Positions 39,418 to 52,447 of a stretch of 64,000 nucleotides of DNA are shown here, one piece after another. This stretch comes from an uncultured Deinococcaceae bacterium (lineage in GTDB: Bacteria; Deinococcota; Deinococci; Deinococcales; Deinococcaceae). The notes beneath the pieces were generated by a model. The model was not told the origin of the DNA. It searched no databases and saw only the letters and a program-made list of their open reading frames with translations. The stretch covers positions 1-64,000 of the forward strand of contig CAXULY010000022.1 in assembly GCA_964252075.1 (NCBI GenBank). The letters run 5' to 3'. A program made the translations under genes and the position numbers. The first letter of the stretch is position 1. Each line of letters starts with the position of its first letter.

Positions 39418-40595
39418 GCCTCCACCTCGCCCGCCATCGCTTCACGGTCCGCCTCGCGGAACGCCGCGCGCAGGGCGGGGGAGAGCTCGCCGCGCTTCTC
39501 CATGTGGTAGCGCTCGAACAGCTGCTCCAGCGTGAGGCCGTCGCGCTTGCTGGCCGCCGTCGCCTCACCGCCCTCGCCCGCCTCGATCTCCACCGCGAGG
39601 GTGTTCGGCAGGGCGCGCAGCACGCGGTCCTTCAGGCCCGGCATGGCCGTCCCGCCCGGCACGCGCACCACGACCTTCACGCGCCCCGCGAAGTCCGCCA
39701 CCGCCTGCAGTTTCCCGTCCAGGTCGTGCAGGTCCGCGCGCACCACCTTCAGGGCGTGCCCGGCGCTGAGCGGCAACCGGTGCACGCGCGCGAGTCGGCC
39801 CGGCTCGACCTCCACGAGGTTCACGCCCTTCGCCTCGCCCGCCTCCCCGAAATCCAGCTGAATGACGCTGCCCGGGTAGTACGCGAGGGGCGCCTCGCTC
39901 GCCTGCTGCGGCTTGTGGATGTGCCCGAGCGCCACGTACTGCGCGCCCGCCGGAAGCTGCTGCGCGGAGAGGGTGTAGCTGTTCGTGATGTCGAAGGTGA
40001 AGGTGCGCTCCGAGCCGCTCGGCGCGCTGCCCTCCATGGTGGCGTGCAGCATCAGCATGTTCACGGCGTCCGCGGTGAAGCCGTTCGAGAGCTGCTTCAG
40101 GAAGAAGCCCAGGCCGTCCCGGTACCGCTGCCGCCACTGCCCGAGTTCGCCCTCCAGTAGGTCGGCGGCCTTTACGAGCCTCCGCTCGGACAGGTACGGC
40201 AGCGCGCCCACCCGCAGGCGCGTGCCGTCACGGGCCGTCACCTCGCGCAGCATGTCCGTGGGGTTCAGGGACACCTGTGCCACGAGGTGCGCGCCCACAT
40301 GCGTGAGGAGCGGCGCGAGGCCCGCGAGGCGGCTGGCGCTGTCGTGGTTCCCGGCGATCACCACGCTGGGGATGCCCAGTTCGCGCAGGCGCAGGAAGAA
40401 GCTGTACACGGCGTCCTCGGCGTCCGCGCTGGGGTTCACGGTGTCGAACAGGTCGCCGGCGACGAGCACGGCGTCTGCCCGCTCACTCACGGCCATGCTC
40501 GCGATTTCATTGAGGGCGGCGCGCACCTCGGGGGTGCGGTCCAGGCCGCGCAGGTTCCGCCCCGCGTGGAAGTCGGCGGTGTGAAGTACGCGCAT
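39414..40595 (-). CDS. sbcD: SbcD (Mre11-like) nuclease
   Basis: HTADFH, AGDLFD, AGNHDS, YVALGHIH; start may be the GTG at 40598. Confidence 0.95.
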   Translation of the reverse strand: MRVLHTADFHAGRNLRGLDRTPEVRAALNEIASMAVSERADAVLVAGDLFDTVNPSADAEDAVYSFFLRLRELGIPSVVIAGNHDSASRLAGLAPLLTHVGAHLVAQVSLNPTDMLREVTARDGTRLRVGALPYLSERRLVKAADLLEGELGQWRQRYRDGLGFFLKQLSNGFTADAVNMLMLHATMEGSAPSGSERTFTFDITNSYTLSAQQLPAGAQYVALGHIHKPQQASEAPLAYYPGSVIQLDFGEAGEAKGVNLVEVEPGRLARVHRLPLSAGHALKVVRADLHDLDGKLQAVADFAGRVKVVVRVPGGTAMPGLKDRVLRALPNTLAVEIEAGEGGEATAASKRDGLTLEQLFERYHMEKRGELSPALRAAFREADREAMAGEVEA

Positions 40596-40663
40596 CACGA
40601 AAAAGGCTAGCACGGCCCAGCGCGGAAAAAAGGAATGCCTGGGCCGTGCTGGAGCCTGGGGCG

Positions 40664-40680
40664 CTATGCTGTTCACGTAA
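40664..40680 (+). promoter_or_regulatory. RDRM-like (DdrO-binding) 17-bp operator overlapping the recD2 -10 and start
   Basis: CTATGCTGTTCACGTAA versus the Deinococcus RDRM consensus TTATGY-N5-RCGTAA: one mismatch. Confidence 0.75.
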
Positions 40681-42803
40681 TGCCCGATCCTGCCGCGAAG
40701 CCCGCCGCCGATGCCAGCCCCGCCTTCACGCCGGTTCAGCTGAAGGTGCGCGGCAGCGTGAACAAGGTGCGTTACCGCGCGGAGAGCGGCTTCACCGTCA
40801 TGACCGCCAAGCTCACCAACGAGCACGGCGAGGACCCGGACGCCACCATGGTGGGCATGGTGCCGCCGCTGGAGGCGGGCGATCAGTTCAGCGCCGAGGT
40901 GGTGATGGAGGAGCACCGCGAGTACGGCTACCAGTACCGCGTGCTGTCCCTCATCCTCGACGACGTGCCCGCCGACCTCACGGAGGAGGGCATCGCGGCG
41001 TACCTGGAGGCGCGCGTGGGTGGGGTGGGGAAGGTGCTGGCGGGCCGCATTGCGCGGACCTTCGGGCAGGCGACCTTCGACCTCATCACGGAGGACCCGC
41101 AGAAGCTGCTGACGGTGCCGGGCGTCACGCAGACGACCCTGCACAAGATCGTGAGCAGCTGGGAGGCGCAGGGCGGCGAGCGGCGCCTCATCGCGGGCCT
41201 GCAGGGCCTGGGCCTCAGCGTGTCGCAGGCGCAGCGCGCCGTGAAGCACTTCGGGAACGAGGCGCTGGAGCGCCTCACGGCGGACGTGTTCACCCTCACG
41301 GAGGTGGAGGGCATTGGCTTCCTGACCGCCGACAAGCTCTCGGAGGGCCTCGGCATCGCGCGCGATGACCCGCGCCGCCTCGCCGCCGCCGCCGTGTACG
41401 CGCTGCAGCAGGCGGCGCAGCAGGCGGGGCACAGCTTCCTGCCGCGCGAACGCGCGCTGCGCGGCCTCATGCACTACACCCGCGTGAACGCCGAGCAGGC
41501 GACGCTCGCGCTGGACAGCGCCATCGAGCTGGACCGCCTGAAGGACGACGCGGGCCGCATCTACCTGCCGCAGAGCCTGCGCGCCGAGAAGAAACTCGCG
41601 GCGACCGTCCGCACCCTGCTCGCCACACCGCCCACCGAGGAGTGGCGCGTCACGAAGGGCGTCGGCGCGGGCCTCGGCGAGGAGCAGCGCGGGGTGCTGG
41701 ACCTCCTCGCGGAGCACCGCCTGGTGGTCCTCACGGGCGGCCCCGGCACCGGCAAGAGCACCACCACGCGCGCCGTCGCGGACCTCGCGGAGAAACTTGG
41801 GCTGGACGTGGGGCTATGCGCCCCTACCGGCAAGGCCGCGCGCCGCCTCGGTGAGGTGACGGGCCGCCCCGCCAGCACCATCCACCGCCTGCTCGGGTAC
41901 GGCCCGCAGGGCTTCCGCTTCGGGACGCTGGAACCGCTGCTGTTCGACCTGATCATCGTGGACGAGGTGAGCATGTGCGGCGACGCGCTGCTCCTCGCGC
42001 TGCTGCAGGCCGTGCCGCCCGGCGCGCGCGTGCTGCTCGTCGGCGACGTGGACCAGCTGCCCCCCGTGGACGCCGGGCTGCCCCTGGCGGCGCTCGTGCA
42101 GGCCGCGCCGACCGTGCGACTCACGCGGGTGTACCGTCAGGCCGCAGAGAACCCCATCATCGCCGCCGCGCACGGCGTGCTTCATGGGCAGGCGCCCGCG
42201 TGGGGCGACCCGCGCCTGAATTTCGCGCCGCTTGACGCGGACACCGGCGCGCGCCGCGTGGCGCTCCTCGTGCGCGAGATGGGCGGCCCACAGGCCGTGC
42301 AGGTCCTCACGCCCATGCGCAAGGGCCCGCTGGGCGTCGAGATGCTGAACCACCACCTGCAGGCGATCTTCAACCCCGGCAGCGGCGGCGTCCGCATCGG
42401 GAGCGGCGAGGCGCGCGTGGGCGACATGGTCGTGCAGACCAAGAACGACTACCAGAACGAGGTCTTCAACGGCACGCTTGGCGTGGTGCTGCGCGAGGAG
42501 CGTGGCAAACTCACCGTGGACTTCGAGGGGAACGTGGTGGAGCTGGGCGGCGCGGAACTCTTCAACCTGCAGCTCGGGTACGCCCTCACCGTGCACCGCG
42601 CGCAGGGCAGCGAGTGGCGCGCGGTGCTGGGCGTGCTGCACGAGGCGCACGGCCCCATGCTCAGCAAGAACCTCGCGTACACGGCCCTCACGCGCGCCAG
42701 CGAACGCTTCTTCGCGGCGGGCAGCACGCGCGCCTGGGAGGTCGCCTCAAACCGCAACCGCGACGAGCGTTACACCGCCCTGCTGGAACGCATCCGGGGC
42801 TGA
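40680..42803 (+). CDS. recD2: ATP-dependent RecD2 DNA helicase
   Basis: N-terminal OB/HhH region, GGPGTGKS, APTGKAA, VDEVSM, GDVDQLP, YALTVHRAQGSE. Confidence 0.93.
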   Translation: MPDPAAKPAADASPAFTPVQLKVRGSVNKVRYRAESGFTVMTAKLTNEHGEDPDATMVGMVPPLEAGDQFSAEVVMEEHREYGYQYRVLSLILDDVPADLTEEGIAAYLEARVGGVGKVLAGRIARTFGQATFDLITEDPQKLLTVPGVTQTTLHKIVSSWEAQGGERRLIAGLQGLGLSVSQAQRAVKHFGNEALERLTADVFTLTEVEGIGFLTADKLSEGLGIARDDPRRLAAAAVYALQQAAQQAGHSFLPRERALRGLMHYTRVNAEQATLALDSAIELDRLKDDAGRIYLPQSLRAEKKLAATVRTLLATPPTEEWRVTKGVGAGLGEEQRGVLDLLAEHRLVVLTGGPGTGKSTTTRAVADLAEKLGLDVGLCAPTGKAARRLGEVTGRPASTIHRLLGYGPQGFRFGTLEPLLFDLIIVDEVSMCGDALLLALLQAVPPGARVLLVGDVDQLPPVDAGLPLAALVQAAPTVRLTRVYRQAAENPIIAAAHGVLHGQAPAWGDPRLNFAPLDADTGARRVALLVREMGGPQAVQVLTPMRKGPLGVEMLNHHLQAIFNPGSGGVRIGSGEARVGDMVVQTKNDYQNEVFNGTLGVVLREERGKLTVDFEGNVVELGGAELFNLQLGYALTVHRAQGSEWRAVLGVLHEAHGPMLSKNLAYTALTRASERFFAAGSTRAWEVASNRNRDERYTALLERIRG

Positions 42804-42811
42804 GCGCGCCT

Positions 42812-43570
42812 TTAGTGGCCCGAGCTGGCGTCGTTGAAGCGCTGGAAGAACGCGGCGTAATCGCCGTTCACCGCCGCGAACCGCAGCGGCTTCACGCGCT
42901 CCACCAGAATTTCCGTGGTGTCCGGTGACGCCTCCAGCAGCTGCATGGATTCGCGGATGAAGTCCGTCAGGGGCATGGCGTTCGGGTCACTCGCCTGCGC
43001 GGCGCCCATCAATTCCGTCTGCACGTACGGCGGCACCAGCTCAATGACCTGCACCGCCGTGTCCCGCAACTGGTAGCGCAGCGCCTCGGTGTACGCGTGA
43101 ATGGCGGCCTTCGTGGCGCTGTACGTGGGGGTGGCCGCCATGGGCAGGAAGGCCAGCCCGGATGAGACCGTCATGATGGTCGCGCGCGGCTGCGCAAGCA
43201 GCTGGGGCAGCAGCGCCGCCGTGAGCCGGATGGGGCCGAGCAGGTTGGTCGTCACGGTCGCCTCGGCGTCGCCCAGCTCGCCACGCTGGATGTCCTCCGG
43301 CCGCATGATGCCCGCGTTGTGAATGACCGCGTTCAGCGCCGGGAAGTCGCGCCGCGCCCGCTCGCCGAATGCGCGGATGGCGTCCGCGTTCTCGATGTCC
43401 AGCGCGGCCGTCTGCATGCCGGGGTGGGCCGCCGCTACCTCATCAAGCAGGGTCTGGCGGCGCCCCGCGATGATGACGTGGTTGCCACGGGCGTGGAGGG
43501 CCTCGGCGAGCGCGCGGCCGATGCCGGAACCGCCGCCCGTGATCAGAATGGTGTTGCCGTTCATGTGCAT
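42812..43570 (-). CDS. SDR family oxidoreductase (DltE-like)
   Basis: TGGGSGIG, NAG, YSATK; GAGGAG RBS. Confidence 0.92.
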   Translation of the reverse strand: MHMNGNTILITGGGSGIGRALAEALHARGNHVIIAGRRQTLLDEVAAAHPGMQTAALDIENADAIRAFGERARRDFPALNAVIHNAGIMRPEDIQRGELGDAEATVTTNLLGPIRLTAALLPQLLAQPRATIMTVSSGLAFLPMAATPTYSATKAAIHAYTEALRYQLRDTAVQVIELVPPYVQTELMGAAQASDPNAMPLTDFIRESMQLLEASPDTTEILVERVKPLRFAAVNGDYAAFFQRFNDASSGH

Positions 43571-43748
43571 GGTGGTTCTCCTCGTGGGTGAGCATAGAAC
43601 CATCACGAACCAATGGGAAGTAGGCACTTGAGAGCGCTATACTTACCTGACGGAGAGTGATGCTGGTGTCGACGTTTATGGCGAAGCGCGAGCCGCGGCG
43701 TAAAAACGGATTGGACCTCGTCAAGTGCAAGCGAGCGCCCCTGAGCCG

Positions 43749-43960
43749 GATGCGCTGGTACTCAAGGTCATCAGTGGAGTGGCGGACACTTAGAGTACGT
43801 GCTGTCTGGAGGAGCGCGGGCCCCAGCGCTTCACGCACTCTGGCGACATCATGGGCGGCATCGGCCGAGGATGCTCAGCGGGGCAGTCCACACGATGGAG
43901 GCGAACAGCCTCCTCGTGCGGACGATGTACCGCGTCATGCCATTTCGCGTCGAGGCACGA
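43749..43960 (+). pseudogene. Decayed HxlR-family winged-HTH regulator divergent from the SDR
   Basis: Reads DALVLKVISGVADT*ST..LEERGPQRFT..GDIMGGI, then after a frameshift near 43868 MLSGAVHTMEANSLLVRTMYRVMPFRVE; TAG at 43791 where HxlR proteins have the DKW tryptophan. Confidence 0.7.
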
Positions 43961-44091
43961 GGCGGCCGACATGGTCTGCCGGGACAGATCAAGTCGGAGC
44001 AGCACCGTGAGGGCGTGCCCTACTCGGGTCGGTCCCTCCACGACCACGTGGCCCCGCCCTGAGCGGTGGGGTGGATGGGTAGACTGACCGC

Positions 44092-44726
44092 ATGCCTGAG
44101 GCCACCACGACCGTGACGGACATCAGCCGCTGGCTCACGCCCGGCCACCCTAACTGGCCCGGCGACGCGCCGTACACCCTGACGCCCGGCATGCGCATCG
44201 CGGGCGGGGACAGCGTGAACACCGGCGTGCTCGGCACCAGCACGCACACCGGCACGCACGTGGACGCCCCCTGGCATTACGGCGACGACGCGCAGCGCCT
44301 GCACGAGGTGCCGCTCGACACCTTCGTGGGCCGCTGCGTGGTGCTGCACGTCACGGGCCTCAACCCGGTGCCCGCCAGCGTGCTGGAGGCCTTCCGGTAC
44401 ATCCCGGAGCGCCTGCTGCTGTACACGGGCCAGCCGCCCGTCTGGGACCGTTTCCCGCAGGAGTTCGCGGCGATCAGCCCGGAGCTTGTGCGGGAGGCGG
44501 CGCGGCGCGGCGTGCGCCTCATCGGCACGGACGCGCCCAGCGTGGACCCGCTGGAGAGCAAGACGCTGGACGCGCACATGGCGTGCCTGGAGGCCGGCAT
44601 CGCGATCGTGGAGGGCCTGAACCTCGCGAGCGTGCGGGAGGGCGTGTACGACCTCACGTGCCTGCCGCTGGCCCTGTGGGACGCGGACGCCGCGCCCGCC
44701 CGCGCCATCCTGCGCGAGGTGCTGTC

Positions 44727-44730
<4 letters not shown>
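44092..44730 (+). CDS. kynB: Kynurenine formamidase (cyclase family)
   Basis: HTGTHVDAPWH, GTDAPSVD; coupled to kynU. Confidence 0.88.
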
Positions 44731-45911
<1,181 letters not shown>

Positions 45912-45917
45912 AGGAGC

Positions 45918-45941
45918 GGGGCCGGGACACGTCCCGGCCCC
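45918..45941. terminator. Hairpin between convergent genes
   Basis: GGGGCCGGGAC/GTCCCGGCCCC. Confidence 0.65.
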
Positions 45942-45954
45942 ACCCCCGTTCGCT

Positions 45955-46197
45955 TCAGCGGTTGTCGTTGCTCATGGGGTCCGTCTCGGGGTGCAGGCGC
46001 CCCAGGTCGTCCGTGACGGGTCGTCCGCGGTTCGGCAGGACCGAGTCGCGCTCCTCGTCCGCGATGGACAGGTCGGTCTCCTGATCCCAGCCGCTCTCGC
46101 TGCCCTCGTCGGTGGAGAGCCCGCCCTGGTCGCTCGGAGCGGGCTCCCCGTTCGTCAGGGTGCCGTCGTCCCCGAAATCACTGCCCTGTCCCGTCAC
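45955..46197 (-). CDS. Small acidic hypothetical protein
   Basis: GTG start 1 nt after the upstream stop; Asp/Glu/Gly-rich, host-like codons. Confidence 0.65.
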   Translation of the reverse strand: MTGQGSDFGDDGTLTNGEPAPSDQGGLSTDEGSESGWDQETDLSIADEERDSVLPNRGRPVTDDLGRLHPETDPMSNDNR

Positions 46198-46198
46198 G

Positions 46199-46672
46199 TC
46201 AGCGCTCCCGGTCTCGGTCGCCCACGTGGTCGCGCACGGCCTCATCCAGACGCTCCTGGGTGGGTTCGCCCTGCGCGAGGTCGCCGGGCTGCTCGCGCAG
46301 TTCCGCCGGGCCGTCCTCGCTGGGCGGCACGTACCCGGGGTTCTGGTCGGCGTCCCTCAGCGGGTCGCGCAGCGGCCCTGGGTTGATGCCGACGTTCCCT
46401 GCGCCCCACCCCAGGGTCTCGTTCGGCACATCACCGGACAGCGGGGCGGGCGGGTCGGCACCCGCGTACTGCGCGCCCTGCAGCTGGTGCTCCATGGCTT
46501 CTGGGTCGCGCGTCACGGCGGGGCTGCTGGTGCCCTTGTCCGTGAACTGCGGGACCTCCTGAGGGTCGTCCGGCATGATGTCCGGCGTGTCGGTGCGGTC
46601 CAAGCTGCCCACGCGGTCGTCGGGCGGCGTGGTGGTGTACCGCACGGTGTGGTCGTCCTTGGGATCGGTCAT
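46199..46672 (-). CDS. Acidic Pro/Asp-rich hypothetical protein
   Basis: AAGGAGG RBS; low-complexity hydrophilic sequence. Confidence 0.75.
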   Translation of the reverse strand: MTDPKDDHTVRYTTTPPDDRVGSLDRTDTPDIMPDDPQEVPQFTDKGTSSPAVTRDPEAMEHQLQGAQYAGADPPAPLSGDVPNETLGWGAGNVGINPGPLRDPLRDADQNPGYVPPSEDGPAELREQPGDLAQGEPTQERLDEAVRDHVGDRDRER

Positions 46673-46754
46673 GCTGCCTCCTTGGTGCCCACAGTGTGGG
46701 CTGCCGGGGCGAGCGCTTCCTGAAAAGTCGCTCAGGGCGCCCTTAACCCCGCCG

Positions 46755-47927
46755 TCAGAGCGCCCGCACCACCACCGCGATGCCCATGCCGCCCCCGATG
46801 CACAGGCTCGCCACCCCGAGTTCCTGCCCGCTGCGCCGCAGGGCGTGCACCAGCGTCACGAGCACGCGCGCGCCACTCGCCCCGATGGGGTGCCCGAGCG
46901 CGATGGCGCCGCCCGTGACGTTCACGCGCGCGGGGTCAATCTTCAACTCGTGCACCACCGCGAGGCTCTGCGCGGCGAAGGCCTCGTTCAGCTCCCACAG
47001 GTGAATGTCCGACGCGCTCAGGCCCGCTTTCTTCAGGGCGGGCGGCACGGCGTACGCGGGCCCGATGCCCATGATGGCGGGGTCCACGCCGACCGCCGCG
47101 TACGCCATGACCTCCGCGATGGGGGTGAGGCCCTGCCCCTGCACGTAGTCGTCACTCGCGACGGCCAGCATGGCGGCGCCGTCGTTGATGCCGCTCGCGT
47201 TGCCCGCCGTGACGGTGCCGTCCTTCTGGAAGGCGGGCTTGAGCTTCGCGAGGGTCTCCACGGTCGTGCCGGGCCGCACGTACTCATCGCGGTCGAAGAG
47301 CACCGTGTCGCGCTTCACGCGCACCTCCACGGGCACCACCTCGTCCATGAAGGCGCCGCTCTCCTGCGCGGCCACCGCGCGCCGCTGGCTCTCCGCCGCG
47401 AAGGCGTCCTGCTCCTCCCGCGTGAGGCCCCACTGCGCCGCGATGCGTTCCGCCGTGATGCCCATCGCCTCGCCGTCGAAGGCGTCCCGCAGGCCGTCGA
47501 ACTGCAGGCTGTCCAGCATCTCGGCGTTTCCCAGGCGGTACCCGGCGCGCGCGCCGGGCAGCAGGAACGGCGCGCGGCTCATGTTCTCCGTGCCGCCCGC
47601 GAGGTACAGGTGGCCGTCGCCCGCACGCAGGCCCTGCACGGCGCTCACGAGGGCCTGCAGGCCGCTGCCGCACACGCGGTTCACGGTCTGGCCCGGCACG
47701 TGGTGCGGCAAACCCGCCTTCACGGCAATCTGCCGGGCGGGGTTCATGCCCTGCCCGGCCTGCAGCACGTTCCCCACGATCACGTCCGCAATGTCGTCGG
47801 GGTTCAGGCTCTCCAGCAGGGGGCGCGTGGCGGCCACCCCGAGGTCCACGGCAGGCGTGTCCTTGAGGCTCCCCATAAAGCTCCCGATGGGGGTGCGGCG
47901 GGCCGACAGAATCAGGCTGCGGTTCAT
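46755..47927 (-). CDS. Acetyl-CoA C-acetyltransferase (thiolase)
   Basis: [35 protein letters not shown]. Confidence 0.95.
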   Translation of the reverse strand: MNRSLILSARRTPIGSFMGSLKDTPAVDLGVAATRPLLESLNPDDIADVIVGNVLQAGQGMNPARQIAVKAGLPHHVPGQTVNRVCGSGLQALVSAVQGLRAGDGHLYLAGGTENMSRAPFLLPGARAGYRLGNAEMLDSLQFDGLRDAFDGEAMGITAERIAAQWGLTREEQDAFAAESQRRAVAAQESGAFMDEVVPVEVRVKRDTVLFDRDEYVRPGTTVETLAKLKPAFQKDGTVTAGNASGINDGAAMLAVASDDYVQGQGLTPIAEVMAYAAVGVDPAIMGIGPAYAVPPALKKAGLSASDIHLWELNEAFAAQSLAVVHELKIDPARVNVTGGAIALGHPIGASGARVLVTLVHALRRSGQELGVASLCIGGGMGIAVVVRAL

Positions 47928-48096
47928 GTGCCCACCATACCAAACGCCCGTTAGGAAACGGGCGTACTCGGTTTCTTCGCAAACACTGTGGGCCAGCACC
48001 CGAGGTCAACCCGCCTTGACGCGCGGCTGAGCTGCGGCCCACGCGCCGCGCACACACTGACCTGAAGCACCCTCACCCCGCCCTCCAGGAGGAACC

Positions 48097-48660
48097 ATGC
48101 GTCACAGCACATCACCGCTCCTCGCGCCCGCGCCCCTGCGCTGGCTCTTCACGGACCCGCGCTCCGCGTGGCTGTGGCTCCTCGCCCGCCTGTACCTCGC
48201 CTACGTGTGGCTCAGCTCCGGCCTGGAGAAACTCTCGGACCCGCACGGGGCCTGGGTGGGCGCGCAGACGGGCTCCGCCATCACGAAGTTCCTGCAGGGC
48301 GCGCTCCAGAAAGCGCAGGGCGACAATCCGGACGTGCAGGCGTGGTACGCGAGCTTCATCCGCGAGGCCGCGCTGCCGGCCGCTCCGGTCCTGTCGTACC
48401 TCATCACGTACGGTGAGCTGGCGGTGGGACTCGCCTTGCTGCTCGGCCTCTTCACGGGTCTCGCGGCGTTCTTCGCAGGCTTCATGAACCTGAATTACCT
48501 GCTCGCCGGGACCATCAGCACGAACCCCCTGCTGCTCGTGCTCGCCGCGGCGGTGCTCGTGGCGTGGCGCGTGGCGGGCTGGTGGGGCGCGGACGGCTGG
48601 GCGCACCGCAGGCGCCAGGAGGGCCACACGGAACACCTCCGGAACCCGCGCCGGACCTGA
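48097..48660 (+). CDS. DoxX family membrane protein
   Basis: ARLYLAYVWLSSGLEK, YGELAVGLALLLG, MNLNYLLAG.ISTNP; AGGAGG RBS. Confidence 0.85.
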   Translation: MRHSTSPLLAPAPLRWLFTDPRSAWLWLLARLYLAYVWLSSGLEKLSDPHGAWVGAQTGSAITKFLQGALQKAQGDNPDVQAWYASFIREAALPAAPVLSYLITYGELAVGLALLLGLFTGLAAFFAGFMNLNYLLAGTISTNPLLLVLAAAVLVAWRVAGWWGADGWAHRRRQEGHTEHLRNPRRT

Positions 48661-48776
48661 GCCGCAAGACGGCGCAGCGCTCGGACTGCCCGCCTGATCT
48701 TCACCTGGAGCGGCCCCATTTACCCATCCCTCGCTGGAACGACCCGCCGGTCATCCAGCGAGATCCGTTTTCCACT

Positions 48777-49136
48777 TCACTTCTGGCGCCCGCTGCGCCA
48801 CGCGAACCAGACCAGCGGCGCCTGAACGAACAACCTCAGCCACAGAGCCCACACCGGAATGGGCCGGAAGCGCTGGGGCTGCTGCAGCATGAACACGTGC
48901 ACGGGCGTCACGGCGAGCAGCAGCAGCACCAGGCCCAGGCTGGCCGCGCCGCGCGTGCGGGGCAGCAGCAACCCCGCTCCGCCCGCGAGTTCGGCCACGC
49001 CGCTCCAGACCACCGCGCGCTCGGGTGATCCCGCCCAGGGCGGCACCACGCGCCGGAACGGCTCGGGGTGGAGGAAGTGCAGGGCGCCCGCCCCCAGGAA
49101 GATCAGGGCGGCGGGCAGGGGAGAGAACCTCGTCAT
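48777..49136 (-). CDS. DoxX-like small membrane protein
   Basis: GALHF..PEPF...VPPW, SGVAELAGG, LWLRL..Q; CACACT 6 nt upstream. Confidence 0.8.
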   Translation of the reverse strand: MTRFSPLPAALIFLGAGALHFLHPEPFRRVVPPWAGSPERAVVWSGVAELAGGAGLLLPRTRGAASLGLVLLLLAVTPVHVFMLQQPQRFRPIPVWALWLRLFVQAPLVWFAWRSGRQK

Positions 49137-49172
49137 GCCGACAGTGTGCGCGTCGAGCATGACAGTTCCATC

Positions 49173-49206
49173 AAAAAACCGGGGAGCCCACGTGGGCTCC
49201 CCGGTT
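49173..49206 (-). terminator. rpsA terminator
   Basis: AACCGGGGAGCCCA/TGGGCTCCCCGGTT stem with T run on the minus strand. Confidence 0.88.
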
Positions 49207-49221
49207 TCAAGGCGCGTGGGC

Positions 49222-50955
<1,734 letters not shown>

Positions 50956-51098
50956 TAACTGTCTTCCTCCTGCATGAAGCCTGCTTGATGCGGCAACACC
51001 ACAGTGTATCACCCCCCGGTGCGGGGGGGCAAGGCCGAAATCATGCGATGTTGAAGGGCTTCGCGCCCTCTCGACCTCATCGCGAAACGCGAAGGCGC

Positions 51099-51127
51099 TT
51101 GACAGCCCGCGAAGGCGTCGGTAAACT
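51099..51127 (+). promoter_or_regulatory. Sigma-70-type promoter of tRNA-Gln
   Basis: TTGACA-17 nt-TAAACT. Confidence 0.85.
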
Positions 51128-51200
51128 ACTCCCCGCTGCACCCCGTGATCGGGAGGCCGCAAACCCGCTCCAGAGGCGGGTCGCGTTAAGCTTCAGGTGT

Positions 51201-51274
51201 TGGGGCATCGTCTAACGGCAGGACAACGCTCTCTGGAAGCGTCGATCATGGTTCGAATCCATGTGCCCCAGCCA
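51201..51274 (+). tRNA. tRNA-Gln(CTG)
   Basis: TGGGGCA/TGCCCCA acceptor stem, ACGCT-CT-CTG-GA-AGCGT anticodon arm, GTTCGAATCC, encoded CCA. Confidence 0.96.
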
Positions 51275-51279
51275 CTTCA

Positions 51280-51310
51280 GGGACCGCGTGAAAGCGCGGC
51301 CCTTTTTTTT
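51280..51310 (+). terminator. tRNA-Gln terminator
   Basis: GC-rich stem with GAAA loop followed by T8. Confidence 0.88.
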
Positions 51311-51422
51311 GCTGGATGCCGTGCGGGTAGGACGGGAACCGGTGGCAAGCGCTACACAGCTTTACTTTTTAAAGTGTGCATACGCAACGGTGATGAACAA
51401 CCCACTCTGATACGCTCGTGGC

Positions 51423-52391
<969 letters not shown>

Positions 52392-52407
52392 CGCGGGAAA
52401 CGACAGG

Positions 52408-52446
52408 TGAGGGGGGGCGCCGGTTGCGGCGCCCGCCCTCATTTTG
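52408..52446 (+). terminator. Terminator after trxB
   Basis: TGAGGG..GGGCGCCG/CGGCGCCC.CCCTCA hairpin plus TTTT. Confidence 0.7.
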
Positions 52447-52447
52447 C

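Noticed and set aside
39414..41717. Apparent 767-aa SbcD
   Set aside because: The N-terminal extension is antisense to recD2; the metallophosphoesterase motif begins at 40595
43657..44087. Several short ORFs in the SDR-kynB gap
   Set aside because: Atypical codon usage; better explained as fragments of the decayed HxlR gene
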